Shown one piece after another: positions 29,040-40,269 of a stretch of 64,000 nt of DNA; within the stretch, counting starts at the first letter, position 1; each line of letters opens with the position of its first letter. Origin of the DNA: a virus. Where the stretch lies: the IMG/VR virus record IMGVR_UViG_3300033753_000334, positions 1-64,000 of that record. One strand, 5' to 3'. A program made the position numbers and the translations under genes. The notes under the pieces were generated by a model. That model saw only the letters and a program-made list of their open reading frames with translations, was not told where the DNA came from and searched no databases.

Positions 29040-29957
29040 ATGGATGCAGTGGCTCAAATCGGAAACCCGAAGAAGGTCATTATTAAAGGTGTTGGCGCGT
29101 TAATGGGTTCGTACGAGGTCCCTAACCCGGACAAGACATCAGCGCAAAAAACGATTCGTCGGGCGATTACGCTCGGAACGATGCAAAGTTTGAAGATTGA
29201 CTTTAACGTAGAGGCAGAGGATATTTTCGGTGGCGACTCGAACTTCCCGATTGACCAGCTGATTAAAAATAAAATGATCGAGATTACAGCTGTAGAAAGT
29301 AAATTTGATATGAACTCGGTATCGTTGCTCATGGGGTCCCCGATTCGGGAAAAAGAAGGAAACGACTATCTGTGGGAGATTGGCCGCCTTATAAAAGTGA
29401 ATACAGGTACGGCTGGCGATCCGAGTACAGCGACGATTCCGAATCATGCTATTACAGGAGCGGGAGCGACCATTAGCGCAGAGGACATAAACGTAACGCT
29501 CCAATCGTCAAATGTGCAATTGGAGTTTGGTGGCGTGGCAACAAGCATGACAGATGTTCCGGCAGTTGGACAATTCAAAGTGTGGGTTCCGACCGGCGGA
29601 ACAGTCGGCACATACGACTCCGTCGTCCTGCTTGAGCCTGGTATCACAGATAACGCGTATGTATCATACCGCCGTAAAATGGCTCCCGATGATGAGCTAC
29701 AAGTCATGAACATGTTCAAGAATGATCTGCCATTCCCGATTTCTGTCGTACACACCGGGGCGTACATGCAAGATGGTCGTTTTCATGGTGTGCAAACAGA
29801 GTTGTACAAGTGTATTCCAAAAGGCCAGTTTACGCTTGATTTCCAACGCGCTACAGCTTCTACTAACTCGCTCAGCTTGAAAATTGTTGACCCTGAGTTG
29901 CCCTGCGGTCTGATTGGCACGATGAAGAAATTTGTGACTACACCGCCTGCATGCTAG
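29040..29957 (+). CDS. Major tail tube protein
   Basis: Beta-rich, upstream of the chaperones and tape measure gene, followed by a terminator. Confidence 0.8.
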   Translation: MDAVAQIGNPKKVIIKGVGALMGSYEVPNPDKTSAQKTIRRAITLGTMQSLKIDFNVEAEDIFGGDSNFPIDQLIKNKMIEITAVESKFDMNSVSLLMGSPIREKEGNDYLWEIGRLIKVNTGTAGDPSTATIPNHAITGAGATISAEDINVTLQSSNVQLEFGGVATSMTDVPAVGQFKVWVPTGGTVGTYDSVVLLEPGITDNAYVSYRRKMAPDDELQVMNMFKNDLPFPISVVHTGAYMQDGRFHGVQTELYKCIPKGQFTLDFQRATASTNSLSLKIVDPELPCGLIGTMKKFVTTPPAC

Positions 29958-30017
29958 GCTGAAATGAATAGAGAAGCCCTCGGTATAATGAGTCGGGGGC
30001 TATTTCTTTAGAGGGAG

Positions 30018-30482
30018 ATGATATGCATGGATGCTGAACAACAAGCATTGGAGATTGCCCGAAAGATGAATGAGGAAGCGACTGCCCGTGTAGGTGAAAT
30101 GATTACCCGGCAATCGGAACAGGAACAAACCGTTACACCGGAGCAGGCTGAATATAACAAAAAAGTATGGATGGAAACAGGAGAGCCGTTTACATTCCGT
30201 GATGGCAAGACGTACTATGTCCAGCCGTCTGCCCTTTCTGATGCGTTTGAAATCATGAGTATTCTCTCTAAAATCAACGTGTCGCTTGTCATTGCTAATT
30301 TTATGCCCACAGGCGATGAGGAGAAAGACAAGGAGCGTATAGATAACGTGTACCGGATTATGGAACTTGCTTTTAAACAGTATGGTTTAACGCGAGAATA
30401 CATCGACCAGAACGTAGATGTTGTCATGGCTTCACGAATTATCGAAGCGGTCGCAGGGATGAACGGTCTTTTAAAAGTTTGA
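30018..30482 (+). CDS. Tail assembly chaperone (gpG-like)
   Basis: Position; ends in the slippery heptamer T TTA AAA at 30470-76. Confidence 0.8.
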   Translation: MICMDAEQQALEIARKMNEEATARVGEMITRQSEQEQTVTPEQAEYNKKVWMETGEPFTFRDGKTYYVQPSALSDAFEIMSILSKINVSLVIANFMPTGDEEKDKERIDNVYRIMELAFKQYGLTREYIDQNVDVVMASRIIEAVAGMNGLLKV

Positions 30483-30793
30483 GTCCCTCGCCTGAAAAAG
30501 AGGGGCAAGTTGAAATCCGAGATGGCGAGGGAAACGTTGTAGACTGGGGACATATCTTCACATCGCTTTATCTTCACACATCACTCCGGAAATGGGAGAT
30601 TTGGCAGCACACAATTCCGCAGATTGCGGCACTCATGCAGGCAATCGGGAAGAAAATTGAATTCCAAATCAAAATTAGTGCAGGTGGATTGTTTGGTGGT
30701 GTGTCTAACGAAGATGGAGAAGTCGATGAAGAAGGGTATCGCATAGCAACTGAAAAAGATATTGATTTAATTGCATCGCTTCTTAGTGGATAG
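30470..30793 (+). CDS. Tail assembly chaperone -1 frameshift extension (gpGT-like)
   Basis: ORF is in the -1 frame, open from the slippery site, with no RBS of its own. Confidence 0.75.
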   Translation, partial: FKSLSPSPEKEGQVEIRDGEGNVVDWGHIFTSLYLHTSLRKWEIWQHTIPQIAALMQAIGKKIEFQIKISAGGLFGGVSNEDGEVDEEGYRIATEKDIDLIASLLSG

Positions 30794-30867
30794 AAAGCGA
30801 AAATACCTGCGGGAAGGTCTTGCCTATTCTAAGGACAAGACTTTTTCTTTTTTGGACGGTGAGATGG

Positions 30868-33800
30868 ATGTCAGAAGAAAAACATTCACTGAAAACGGAG
30901 ATTGAACTTTTCTTCGGGGATGCTGTCAGCGAGACAGAACGGTTAGCGAATGCTATGGCTTTACTTAACACAGCAGTCACAGCTTCAGAAGGGAAATTGA
31001 ATCTGTCTCAATTAGTATCTGATTTTAATAAACTGAAAGAAGCACTCTCAGGTGAAGGTAGACTGGTAGCAGAACTTGATGCCGGAAACATTAAAAAGCG
31101 AGTTGAGTCATTTTTAAATAGTGCCATTAACAATATGCAGATCGAACTGAAACAGGAAACACGCGGGCGAAAAAGCAAACAAATTGATATTTCACAGGAA
31201 ACACAGAAGCTAACGGAACAAGCCCAAAAGCAAATGATGGGGGAAGTTAAAAAAGCCATTGAAGAAGGAATTGTACCTGGAAGCTTCAAAGTAAAGGGAG
31301 CGTCAGGTAGAGTCAATGTTGATCTATTGAAATTAAATGACATTGACGAAATGATAAAGTTGACCGCAAAAGCCGGCTATGAAGGTGCAGTTGACGTACT
31401 GAACAGCATCAAGAAAAAAATCACACAATCACCAGCGGAACAAGAAGGATTTAAGTTTGTCATTCCACCAAGTGCAGTAACGGCTATAAAAGGTACGATT
31501 CAAGAAAAAATTATTGCCGCAATGGAAAATGCACAGGTTCACTGTAATTTCAAACCGGTAGCCTCATTCAATTTGAAATCATTGGATTTGATTCAGAAAC
31601 GGATGAAAACAGCACTGGAAGAAGCGATTAATAAAAATCTCGAATTCGAGTTTATCCACGGTAAAACCAAAGAAAAAGTACCGTTCAAGTTCACACTAAC
31701 AACCGAGTTAATGCATCGTGTAATCGAGATGGCACAGCGCGAACTCGCCAAGGTATTGGTCAATCCTGAAAGTGTTCAACTTTCCAAAGATGCGAAACAG
31801 GCTGATTTCAAGGTAAACGTAATAGGGATGGAGGAAACACTCAACAAGATTAAAACGTGGGTAACCAATGTCAACAACCATTTTCTATCAGCAGATGCCG
31901 ACGTAAACAAGTTAATTGCATCTAACATCGATATGGAGAATTTTCAGCAAAAGATTACAAGCATCGGAGATAAAATCAAGCAAGTATCCGATGCGTTCAA
32001 AAAGATTCAGGTGTCAGACGAATCATCGAATCTGGCTGCGCTTGTAAAAGAAGCAGAAAGCTTACAAACGTCCGTTATCAATTTTTTAACCGTGTACAAA
32101 GCGATCCCGAAAACCATCAGAGAATCACTTGACCATAATTTATCTGTTGTGCTTAAAGAATACGAGTCATCACTTACACAATTGAAAGTGGATGCGGCCA
32201 AGGAAGAATTGATCAAAGGATTCGGTCAAGTAGAGAAGAAAATGAAAACGGCGATTGAACAGTCCTTTGTTCAACTGATTGAACAAACACCACATGTGAT
32301 TGATGCGAGTAAATTATTGACGATTTACAATGCCTGGTCGAAGTCTATGACTGAGCATTTAGATCGTTCAGCAAGAGAAGAATTATCTACGTTATCAACC
32401 TCCATTATTTCTAACAGCCAAGCGGTAATGCATCAGTTTACACAGTCGTTGCTTGGTTTGCTGCATGTTGTTGTTCCACCGTCAGCAGAGAAAAAAGACG
32501 AAGTAACCGTACCTTATATGCAAGTACAGGAGCGGATTCGTCAGCGTGTGCAGGATTTTGTCCAGCAGTTAGTCGGTGACTTTACTATTTCTCGTCCTCC
32601 GCAAGAAGGGGAAGGTATCGGAATTAATATCGAAATTCTGCAGGTCGCAATGAATCGTGTACAGACAATATTAAAAGACATGGTGGAGGAGCAATTGCGC
32701 GAGTTAACGGGGCGCATCGGTACGGAAAAGCCATCGCTGTCAAAAGAGGAAACGAAAGCGATTGACGAGATGTTATATGCAGAATCAAAGAAAATCCTCA
32801 ATCTTGTGGTTGACCAGGCGCGTTCCATTGCCAAGTCATTCACCGATGGCATCTCTAAGGATGGATTTGCGACGTTTACACAAGAAGAGCGGGCGAAAGT
32901 GCGTGAGCAGTTACTGCAAGGCATGGGACATATCGTAGCGGAGTTATCATCCAGTATGCAGGTGCTTTTACAGACCTTTTCCATTCCGCGTGATTTAGGT
33001 ATCGGCGGAAGTGAGAAAGTAAGAGGATTACTCAATAATATTTTTAAGGGGATCGATAACTCCGTTTTCTCTCACCTGAATAAGTTATTATCGGAAGTAG
33101 AAGTAGGTGGCCGGATATCGCTATCGACACTTCCGAGAATGAAGAAAGAACTTCGTGATTTCGAAAACAAAAAAATATCGAGGTCAGAGATAGAAGAATG
33201 GAAGAAACATGATCTTGATTATCAGTTCCTGAAAATGATTAAGCAATCACGGATTATGAAGCCATCAGAAGGTGATGCGTACTATAGTGACTTCTATGTG
33301 ACAAGAGATCATGTAACCGGAGCGCGTCAAGTGCCAGAACTTCCGAAGTGGATTCAGTCGTTGTTTGTTTCAAATAAAGATGAATTAGGGAAATCTATTT
33401 CTCACGCTGCTGCTAACCTGGACCCGAAATTCGGTATCAAGTCCGAAACAGAGTTCATGGATTATCTGAAACGGCTAGCAAGTAAGTATGATGGCATGAA
33501 GTCTATCGAAGAAAGGCTAAAAAATGAACTGTTAAATGATGTTGACCGTGCTGTAATCGAGCATATGAAGTCAACCATTCGCCAACTTGAGCAGTTGCAG
33601 AAAGTAGCGAAAGCGGCCTTGACTCCACGTTTGCGCAAAACGGGCAGTTACCGAATCAAAGACGAACACTTTGAACAATTCGCCAATGTTATTGGCAAAG
33701 TGAGCAGAGAAGGAGTTCCGCGTTTTTCGCAGAAGGAAATTGATCAGGCGGTAGCGCAGCGCAGGGAAAAGAATGCATCTGTCATCGGATTGCGCCAGAA

Positions 33801-36800
33801 ACTGAACGAGACAACGGATGCGGTTGTGAAGGAAGTTGAAAATAAGCTGCTCCATAATATTGATTCTGGATTCGTGCGATTGATCGAGGGGATACGTGGA
33901 ATTAACGTGCCGCCGATTGAGTTTACTATCGTAGGTCGTATTCAGTCATGGATGCAGCAGGTGCAAGATGAGACTGCACGTGTTCTGGAACGGATGGTGG
34001 ATAGTTCGTTACGCCCTGTACTCGAACAAAACATTCCGTTCCCGACGCATAACGCAGGTCATGGTCAGCCGTTTATTCATGCAGGTTCACCGTATCCACC
34101 TGGATTCAATCCGTTCGGATCCCCTGCTCAAACCGGTAATGAACAGCTTACTCCTTACATCCCGCAAGCAGCACCACGCACTGATTTTGACCGGATGCAT
34201 GCATTGGAACGTCAGGCGCTAATTAATGCTGAACGTATTCAGAATCGCTTTAACAATTTGATGCAGAAGGGAAACTTTACACCGGATAATTTCAGAGAAT
34301 TAGCGGACATATTGAATGCATATCAAGCAGAAGTAGGAGCAGCGGCCAGTCGTTATCGAAATGTGCTCACTCAATTGGGAACGGACGGCACAACAGGTAC
34401 AGAAGACGAAACGGTGGCTCGTTTATTGGCGGAAGCAAGAACAAGATTACGTGAGGAAACGAATCTTGCTAAGCAACGACTGGATCACTACATTGAGAGT
34501 ACATTCAAGCCAGCAAGTCAATCCGATGCGCTGACAAAACGGTTGTTACAACAGGAATTAAAAAATGCGGGTTATCTTGATGCAGCGGATTTGAACGTAC
34601 AAAAGATGCAGACACGCTTTTATGGAAAATTGGATGAGGCACAGATGCAGGCGTTAAACGGAGAATTATCACGCTACTACCAGTTAGCGCAACAAGTTAG
34701 TTCTATGCATCTGCTAAACGAGGAAGATATTGCAGCATCAAAACGAGAAATGCAGTATCTGAACCAGTTACTTGCATCAATCTCAGCACGTTACAGTCAG
34801 ATTGCCAAACAAACAGCAGAAGCTAATAAACAGCAGCGGGATCGGGATAAGCGCGGGGAGTTGATTGGACAACACGATTTACTGCGTAACATGTCGATCA
34901 GTTCAGCAAAGTTTAAAGATACACTCAAGCAAATGAATGAATTTAGTAACTTTGTTGAGATTACCAATGCACAGGTTCGAAAAGGCGCGGATGGCTGGAA
35001 TAGCTGGTCTGCTACTCTAAAAACTGCTGAAGGTAATACGGTTCGCATGTCCGGTGTGATTAATATGCTGACCGGTGAAATCTATCGTCAATCTGAATCA
35101 ATCCGGGAAGCGCAAAGTCGATTGGAACGGTATGCACAGATGTCAGCGATAGCGTCACCATTTGCCAATTCAATGCGTGGGGGTCGCGGATGGCAGAAGG
35201 ATTATTCTGTACAAAATTACAACCCGGTAACAAGTGGGGGTGCAGAAATCGATCCGGGCGGAGATACAAAAACGTTCATGGGTTCCATTGTTAATACTAT
35301 GCGATACATGCTGTCCGGGATGCTCATGGGAACACCTACTATGATGTTCCACTCTGCATTCGAAGCAGCAAAAGAATTTGATTATCAGCTTGAGAAAGCG
35401 CGTCAAAACTTCGTTATCAAAGACCCGAAAATGTGGAATCAAGCGATAGAACAAGTGAGTATGAGGCATGGTGATGTGAAGGATAAGGAAGAATTAAACA
35501 AACTTGTGAAAGAAGAATCAAACCGCCTTATATACGAAATCAGGGATGGAGCAGTTGAGCGTCTGCAAAACATTGCGATCACGTATGCAGTTCCGACTGC
35601 CGAAATATCGAAGGCATGGCAGATTGCTTCGCGTATCACAAATTCAGATGATGAAGCAATCGCCTTTACGCGAGAAGTAGCCAAAGTTCGGACATTGGAA
35701 CAAGTAGACGTAGAAAAGGCAGCAATGGGATTCGAAGCGGTAAAATCACAGTGGGGTTTGAACGGCTATCAGTTGGAGAAGTTCAACAATATGATGATAA
35801 AAGCCGCGAACATTTCTACAGCTACAGTTGAGGACTTGCTGGATTTCCAAAAGCGTGCCGGTTCGATTATGCGTAATAATTTAGAGGGGGCAGGATTGAG
35901 CAAAAATGATGCGGCTGCATCTTCCATTGCATTTGCATCCTTGTTCAGTCAGGGTTCGGGCAGAAGTGGGGCAGAAGGTGGTACATTTGCGAAAGCTGTA
36001 ACAGAACGCCCATACCAAAGTGCGCAGGCTGAATATTTCAAGAAGAAGGCCGAACAGTTAAACATTGAGGAATTGAACCCATACAAGATAGATGAGTTTG
36101 GAAATGTACACAAGAGAGCCTTCACTGACTGGTTTGCTGCGCTATCGAAAGCAATGGTGATAGCGATGCCGACCGACCAGACAGAAATACTCAAGCAAGC
36201 GGCAGGTGTATACCATTCCGGTTCATCAGCGGCAATTCAGGCGATGATTACAGATATGCAGAAAAATGCTGCGGAGATTGCAAAAAGAGTCAATAACAAT
36301 CGCAGATCACTAGGGCTAGAAGAATTCGACCCGAAGGCTGATATGGACAAAATAATGAAAGAGTATATTAAGAAAATTAGCGAAGCAACACCGGAAGAGT
36401 CCGAAGTCATGCTCGCTGGAATGTCCACTACATGGAATTTTCAAATTGATCGTGTCAAAGCGATGTGGGAGTCCTCTACATTCAGAGTGCTTGATGCTTT
36501 GAAACCGGAGTTTCAGGATCTGACGACCACATTAGGGGTTTTACTTCGTTCGATGCGAGAAAATGCTACAACATGGGCACAGGCAATCACAGGAATCACC
36601 AATATCGGTATGATGTTAGCAGTTGGATATGGCATGAATACACTCTATAACAAATGGAAGGGATTCGGTCAGCAAACGAGAATGGATGAAATTGACAGAC
36701 AACGGGGCTTGTTGCAGGCAGAACGTGGAGCCATTAGTCTTCGCAAGGATTTGTTGGAAGATCGCCTTGCACAATTCCATAGTCAACATGGGAAAGAAAT

Positions 36801-39327
36801 TGAACGTTTTAACGCGGTAAAAGATGAAAAAGTGTATAAATCGCGTACTGAGTTGATGCAGGCGGAGTGGGATGTGCAGCAAGCACGAGACAACTATGAG
36901 CGTAGAAAAGGTACGCTCACACCATTCGAGGATGAACAGGAACGGGCGAAAATGTACAGCCTAGAGCGTACAGTGGCGGACAAACGAAAAGTAGCGGAGG
37001 AACAGGAAAGCAAGCATGGACTTGATTCCAAAGTATTGGATGAATATAGCCGCCTGCAAACGGAAATGGCGCAAGTGGCGGTGCAGGCTACACGATTAAA
37101 CCAACGCATGGATATGCTGGACAGAGGGGCGCAACAGTGGGGAGTGGATGTATCGCAATTACAAGTGAAGATGGACAGGTTAGACAAAGAGTTTCGGAAC
37201 GGCTCCATCAATATGGACATGTACAATCAAATGATGAAAGAAACAGCAAGAGCGGCAGGTGTGGCAGAGGATAATATCGAACGCTTGCAGAAGGAAATGG
37301 ATAAACTTGAACGCGAATTTAGAGAAGGTGGAATGAGCGCACGAGTCTTCAATAAACAAGTCGATCATCTACGAAACATGCACTTAGCCGGAGATGCGGC
37401 ACTTCCGGGCGGCGGGTACGGCGGGAGAGCAAATCAGGGCGGCGCAGATATGTTAAATATGGTTGCGCAAGCTTCCTTGTTCGGCGCACTCATGGGAGGG
37501 TTCAGTGACCGCTCCATATTCACACGCACAGGAGATTTATTCGCGCTAATGAAAGAAGCGGTACGAGAAGGCTCAGCGAGTGGATTTATTCGTAGTTTTG
37601 GAAGTTTCTTCGGTCGTGGACTTGAACGAGATGAAAACGGGAAAATCGTGCGTGATGAAAATGGGCGCGTCCGTAAAAGACAACTTGCCCCAGAGCCAGA
37701 AGGTGAGCAGGGAAAAGGTAGGGGGGCGATGAGTAGGCTTGCAACGAGTTCACCACGATTAGCAGGGGCTTTAGGTGGCGGATTGTCGATGCTTCTTAGG
37801 TTATTAGCGGGCGGAGTCGGTTTAGGGCTGTTGACTGGTGGATTCGCTGCATTTACCTATGGTATGGCAAACGATAATGAGAAGACGCAGATTGATATTC
37901 AGCAATTCAAGGATATCGAGAAGAATGTCATGGCGATGAAAGAATCTTCCTCTTGGTTTATCAGAAGCGTAGTCGGTGTAAAGGAAATCATCGACACACT
38001 TACCGATGGAGTCAAGTCGATTCTAACAGATGGTTCTCTTGATGGATTCAGAAAGCATGGTAACGCATGGGTGATGGGTTGGAACGCACAAACACCGAAA
38101 GAGTTTGAGCAGCAGATGGAAGCGCAGGCAGGAGCTCGTATCCGTGAGCAAATGGTTGAGAGGTACGGAGAAGCTGAGGTAAAGAGACGGGAACAAGTGT
38201 TTAGCGAGATGTATTTTAAAGAAGCGAAGACGCTGGAAGATTACAAGAAGATTAGTCATTCATTCCTCGAAAAAGACAGGCAAAAAACAGAGGAAGAAGA
38301 GAAAAAGCTAAAAGAATTCTCAGATAGAGCAAATGGTGTAATAACATATGAGACGATGCAGAGTATCCAAGAATTTCTTGAACCGATTAAGCGAAAGTTA
38401 GAAGTTGCCCGCTCGAATTCAGAAACAGGATACGAAGTTGCCAAGACAAAAGCATTGTTATCAGGGATGCGTGAAGATTCAGAGCAGGTACGGAAACTAA
38501 CCAATGATTTCTTGAAAGCACAAATCGGATTGCTTCGAGCGTATACAGCACAAATAGATGAGAAAATGAAGGAAATGATTAATCGGGCAAAAGAAGAAGA
38601 GAAAAAAGGAAAGGTAGGGGAAGTTGAAAAAGTAATGAACAGCCCGGAGTTTATCGCACTCCAACTGGATAAGAACACCCACAACGCTCAAATAGTACAA
38701 ATGCAACTCCAAATGCATCAAACAGATTTATCGGCGATCAGCAGTATCACAACCAAACTGGAACGTGCAAAACGCATGGCACAAGCAGAAGGAAATATCC
38801 GTCGTTCGAACTTGCTACTCGGTGGCGCAAAAGAAGATTCAATGGCTGTCAAAATGGCAGATCGGCAGACGATGTTGAATATCAACAATCAAATTGGTCA
38901 GGCGATTGTGGAACTACAAAAGCAACTGAACAGTGGCAAGTTTCAAGGTGAAGATCGTAATGATATTTTGCTTCAAATCAAGGAGCTGCAAGCAGAAAGC
39001 CGGGATAACCTTGTTAAAATCCGCGAAAAGATGACAAACAGTCTGTCCACGTACAACTTGCCATCCGGGATTCAAGGAATGACCTTCCAGGAAGCGATGC
39101 AGCGTAAAAATGACTACCGCTCGTATGCGATTACGCAGGGTGGTTTGACAATCAACGTCAACGTACCGGTACAGGGGAATTTTGGCGATGAGAAGGTAGC
39201 GAAGCAGCGCGGGCAGGCAACGGCACGGCAGGTGGCACAAGAAGTATCGAATATCCTGAGTCGTCAGGTGAAATCGTTTGGAGCGGGAGTGGGGTATTTC
39301 AGCCCGTTCGCCGTTGGAAGAACATAG
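30868..39327 (+). CDS. Tail tape measure protein (~2,820 aa)
   Basis: Very long helical ORF after the chaperones, with a TP901-like core (AANISTATVEDL, GRSGAEGGT). Confidence 0.9.
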   Translation: MSEEKHSLKTEIELFFGDAVSETERLANAMALLNTAVTASEGKLNLSQLVSDFNKLKEALSGEGRLVAELDAGNIKKRVESFLNSAINNMQIELKQETRGRKSKQIDISQETQKLTEQAQKQMMGEVKKAIEEGIVPGSFKVKGASGRVNVDLLKLNDIDEMIKLTAKAGYEGAVDVLNSIKKKITQSPAEQEGFKFVIPPSAVTAIKGTIQEKIIAAMENAQVHCNFKPVASFNLKSLDLIQKRMKTALEEAINKNLEFEFIHGKTKEKVPFKFTLTTELMHRVIEMAQRELAKVLVNPESVQLSKDAKQADFKVNVIGMEETLNKIKTWVTNVNNHFLSADADVNKLIASNIDMENFQQKITSIGDKIKQVSDAFKKIQVSDESSNLAALVKEAESLQTSVINFLTVYKAIPKTIRESLDHNLSVVLKEYESSLTQLKVDAAKEELIKGFGQVEKKMKTAIEQSFVQLIEQTPHVIDASKLLTIYNAWSKSMTEHLDRSAREELSTLSTSIISNSQAVMHQFTQSLLGLLHVVVPPSAEKKDEVTVPYMQVQERIRQRVQDFVQQLVGDFTISRPPQEGEGIGINIEILQVAMNRVQTILKDMVEEQLRELTGRIGTEKPSLSKEETKAIDEMLYAESKKILNLVVDQARSIAKSFTDGISKDGFATFTQEERAKVREQLLQGMGHIVAELSSSMQVLLQTFSIPRDLGIGGSEKVRGLLNNIFKGIDNSVFSHLNKLLSEVEVGGRISLSTLPRMKKELRDFENKKISRSEIEEWKKHDLDYQFLKMIKQSRIMKPSEGDAYYSDFYVTRDHVTGARQVPELPKWIQSLFVSNKDELGKSISHAAANLDPKFGIKSETEFMDYLKRLASKYDGMKSIEERLKNELLNDVDRAVIEHMKSTIRQLEQLQKVAKAALTPRLRKTGSYRIKDEHFEQFANVIGKVSREGVPRFSQKEIDQAVAQRREKNASVIGLRQKLNETTDAVVKEVENKLLHNIDSGFVRLIEGIRGINVPPIEFTIVGRIQSWMQQVQDETARVLERMVDSSLRPVLEQNIPFPTHNAGHGQPFIHAGSPYPPGFNPFGSPAQTGNEQLTPYIPQAAPRTDFDRMHALERQALINAERIQNRFNNLMQKGNFTPDNFRELADILNAYQAEVGAAASRYRNVLTQLGTDGTTGTEDETVARLLAEARTRLREETNLAKQRLDHYIESTFKPASQSDALTKRLLQQELKNAGYLDAADLNVQKMQTRFYGKLDEAQMQALNGELSRYYQLAQQVSSMHLLNEEDIAASKREMQYLNQLLASISARYSQIAKQTAEANKQQRDRDKRGELIGQHDLLRNMSISSAKFKDTLKQMNEFSNFVEITNAQVRKGADGWNSWSATLKTAEGNTVRMSGVINMLTGEIYRQSESIREAQSRLERYAQMSAIASPFANSMRGGRGWQKDYSVQNYNPVTSGGAEIDPGGDTKTFMGSIVNTMRYMLSGMLMGTPTMMFHSAFEAAKEFDYQLEKARQNFVIKDPKMWNQAIEQVSMRHGDVKDKEELNKLVKEESNRLIYEIRDGAVERLQNIAITYAVPTAEISKAWQIASRITNSDDEAIAFTREVAKVRTLEQVDVEKAAMGFEAVKSQWGLNGYQLEKFNNMMIKAANISTATVEDLLDFQKRAGSIMRNNLEGAGLSKNDAAASSIAFASLFSQGSGRSGAEGGTFAKAVTERPYQSAQAEYFKKKAEQLNIEELNPYKIDEFGNVHKRAFTDWFAALSKAMVIAMPTDQTEILKQAAGVYHSGSSAAIQAMITDMQKNAAEIAKRVNNNRRSLGLEEFDPKADMDKIMKEYIKKISEATPEESEVMLAGMSTTWNFQIDRVKAMWESSTFRVLDALKPEFQDLTTTLGVLLRSMRENATTWAQAITGITNIGMMLAVGYGMNTLYNKWKGFGQQTRMDEIDRQRGLLQAERGAISLRKDLLEDRLAQFHSQHGKEIERFNAVKDEKVYKSRTELMQAEWDVQQARDNYERRKGTLTPFEDEQERAKMYSLERTVADKRKVAEEQESKHGLDSKVLDEYSRLQTEMAQVAVQATRLNQRMDMLDRGAQQWGVDVSQLQVKMDRLDKEFRNGSINMDMYNQMMKETARAAGVAEDNIERLQKEMDKLEREFREGGMSARVFNKQVDHLRNMHLAGDAALPGGGYGGRANQGGADMLNMVAQASLFGALMGGFSDRSIFTRTGDLFALMKEAVREGSASGFIRSFGSFFGRGLERDENGKIVRDENGRVRKRQLAPEPEGEQGKGRGAMSRLATSSPRLAGALGGGLSMLLRLLAGGVGLGLLTGGFAAFTYGMANDNEKTQIDIQQFKDIEKNVMAMKESSSWFIRSVVGVKEIIDTLTDGVKSILTDGSLDGFRKHGNAWVMGWNAQTPKEFEQQMEAQAGARIREQMVERYGEAEVKRREQVFSEMYFKEAKTLEDYKKISHSFLEKDRQKTEEEEKKLKEFSDRANGVITYETMQSIQEFLEPIKRKLEVARSNSETGYEVAKTKALLSGMREDSEQVRKLTNDFLKAQIGLLRAYTAQIDEKMKEMINRAKEEEKKGKVGEVEKVMNSPEFIALQLDKNTHNAQIVQMQLQMHQTDLSAISSITTKLERAKRMAQAEGNIRRSNLLLGGAKEDSMAVKMADRQTMLNINNQIGQAIVELQKQLNSGKFQGEDRNDILLQIKELQAESRDNLVKIREKMTNSLSTYNLPSGIQGMTFQEAMQRKNDYRSYAITQGGLTINVNVPVQGNFGDEKVAKQRGQATARQVAQEVSNILSRQVKSFGAGVGYFSPFAVGRT

Positions 39328-39335
39328 ATTAATTT

Positions 39336-39365
39336 GAGTCGCTACCGTTTGGTGGCGGCTTTTTT
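39336..39365 (+). terminator. Rho-independent terminator
   Basis: GAGTCGCTACC-GTTT-GGTGGCGGCTT followed by T tract. Confidence 0.75.
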
Positions 39366-39615
39366 GTGGTATGTTTCGTCAAAGCTATCGAAAATACAAA
39401 ATGATTCACCATTGTATGCTAAATATTTACATGGTATGATAGAGTAAACCAAGAAAATGACGAACGATTCATACCCTATCATGCCATGTTCTCTAGTAGA
39501 ATGATAAGCAAATTAGAGGACATATGGCTATCTTAAAAACTGGACAAGCCATATGCTATCTAGATAAAGGAGCTGATAGTGTATGTGCGATAAGAACGGA
39601 AAGGGTGATGATGAT

Positions 39616-39744
39616 ATGATGGAAGTAAAAGAACAAAAAGTTCAAAACATGACTAAAGAAGAGCGCAAGCAGTATGCCCGTGACCGTATTAAAAAAATCT
39701 GTGACCGTAATGATTCTGCATTAAGGAGATTGTCTAAAAATTGA
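39616..39744 (+). CDS. Putative short antitoxin for Doc (42 aa)
   Basis: MMEVKEQ...RNDSALRRLSKN; its stop overlaps the doc TTG start; the C-terminal AL.RL helix is typical of Doc antitoxins. Confidence 0.6.
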   Translation: MMEVKEQKVQNMTKEERKQYARDRIKKICDRNDSALRRLSKN

Positions 39745-40157
39745 GTTTAGAAGAATTTGATATAGTTCCTTTAACTTTAGACGATATATACGTAATTCAT
39801 GAGGAAATGTTAGAACGTTACGGCGGGATTTCGGGGGCTAGAGAGCCAGGGTTAATAGAGTATATGACCGAAAAACCCTTTCAAGAAACTTTCGGCTATA
39901 TTCTTTACCCTGGCTTATTTTTAAAAGCAGCTTGTTATATGGAGGGATTTGCTACTCATCAATATTTTAATGATGGTAATAAAAGAACAGCATATGGTTG
40001 TGCAGCTTTATTTTTAGATTATAACGGATTTACCATTATTGTTGATGATGAAGAGCTTTTCAATATGACTATGGACGTTGCTCTTAGAAGAGTTGACGTT
40101 AACGAACTTTCAAAGTGGCTTGAATCAGTTTCAGTTCCCTCAGAATACATAGAATAG
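39741..40157 (+). CDS. doc: Death-on-curing (Doc/Fic) family toxin
   Basis: HQYFNDGNKRTA Fic/Doc motif. Confidence 0.88.
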   Translation: MSLEEFDIVPLTLDDIYVIHEEMLERYGGISGAREPGLIEYMTEKPFQETFGYILYPGLFLKAACYMEGFATHQYFNDGNKRTAYGCAALFLDYNGFTIIVDDEELFNMTMDVALRRVDVNELSKWLESVSVPSEYIE

Positions 40158-40269
40158 TAAAACACTCTCCTTCAACAGAGGGTGTTTTTTATTTCGCTTA
40201 ATTTTCCGACAAATATAAAGGTGATTGATGTAAAATGTAGGAAAAAGAAAGAAAAGGGGAGAGGAAATT

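Noticed and set aside
31008-39240. Many antisense ORFs opposite the tape measure and other long genes
   Set aside because: Shadow ORFs without RBS or recognisable motifs
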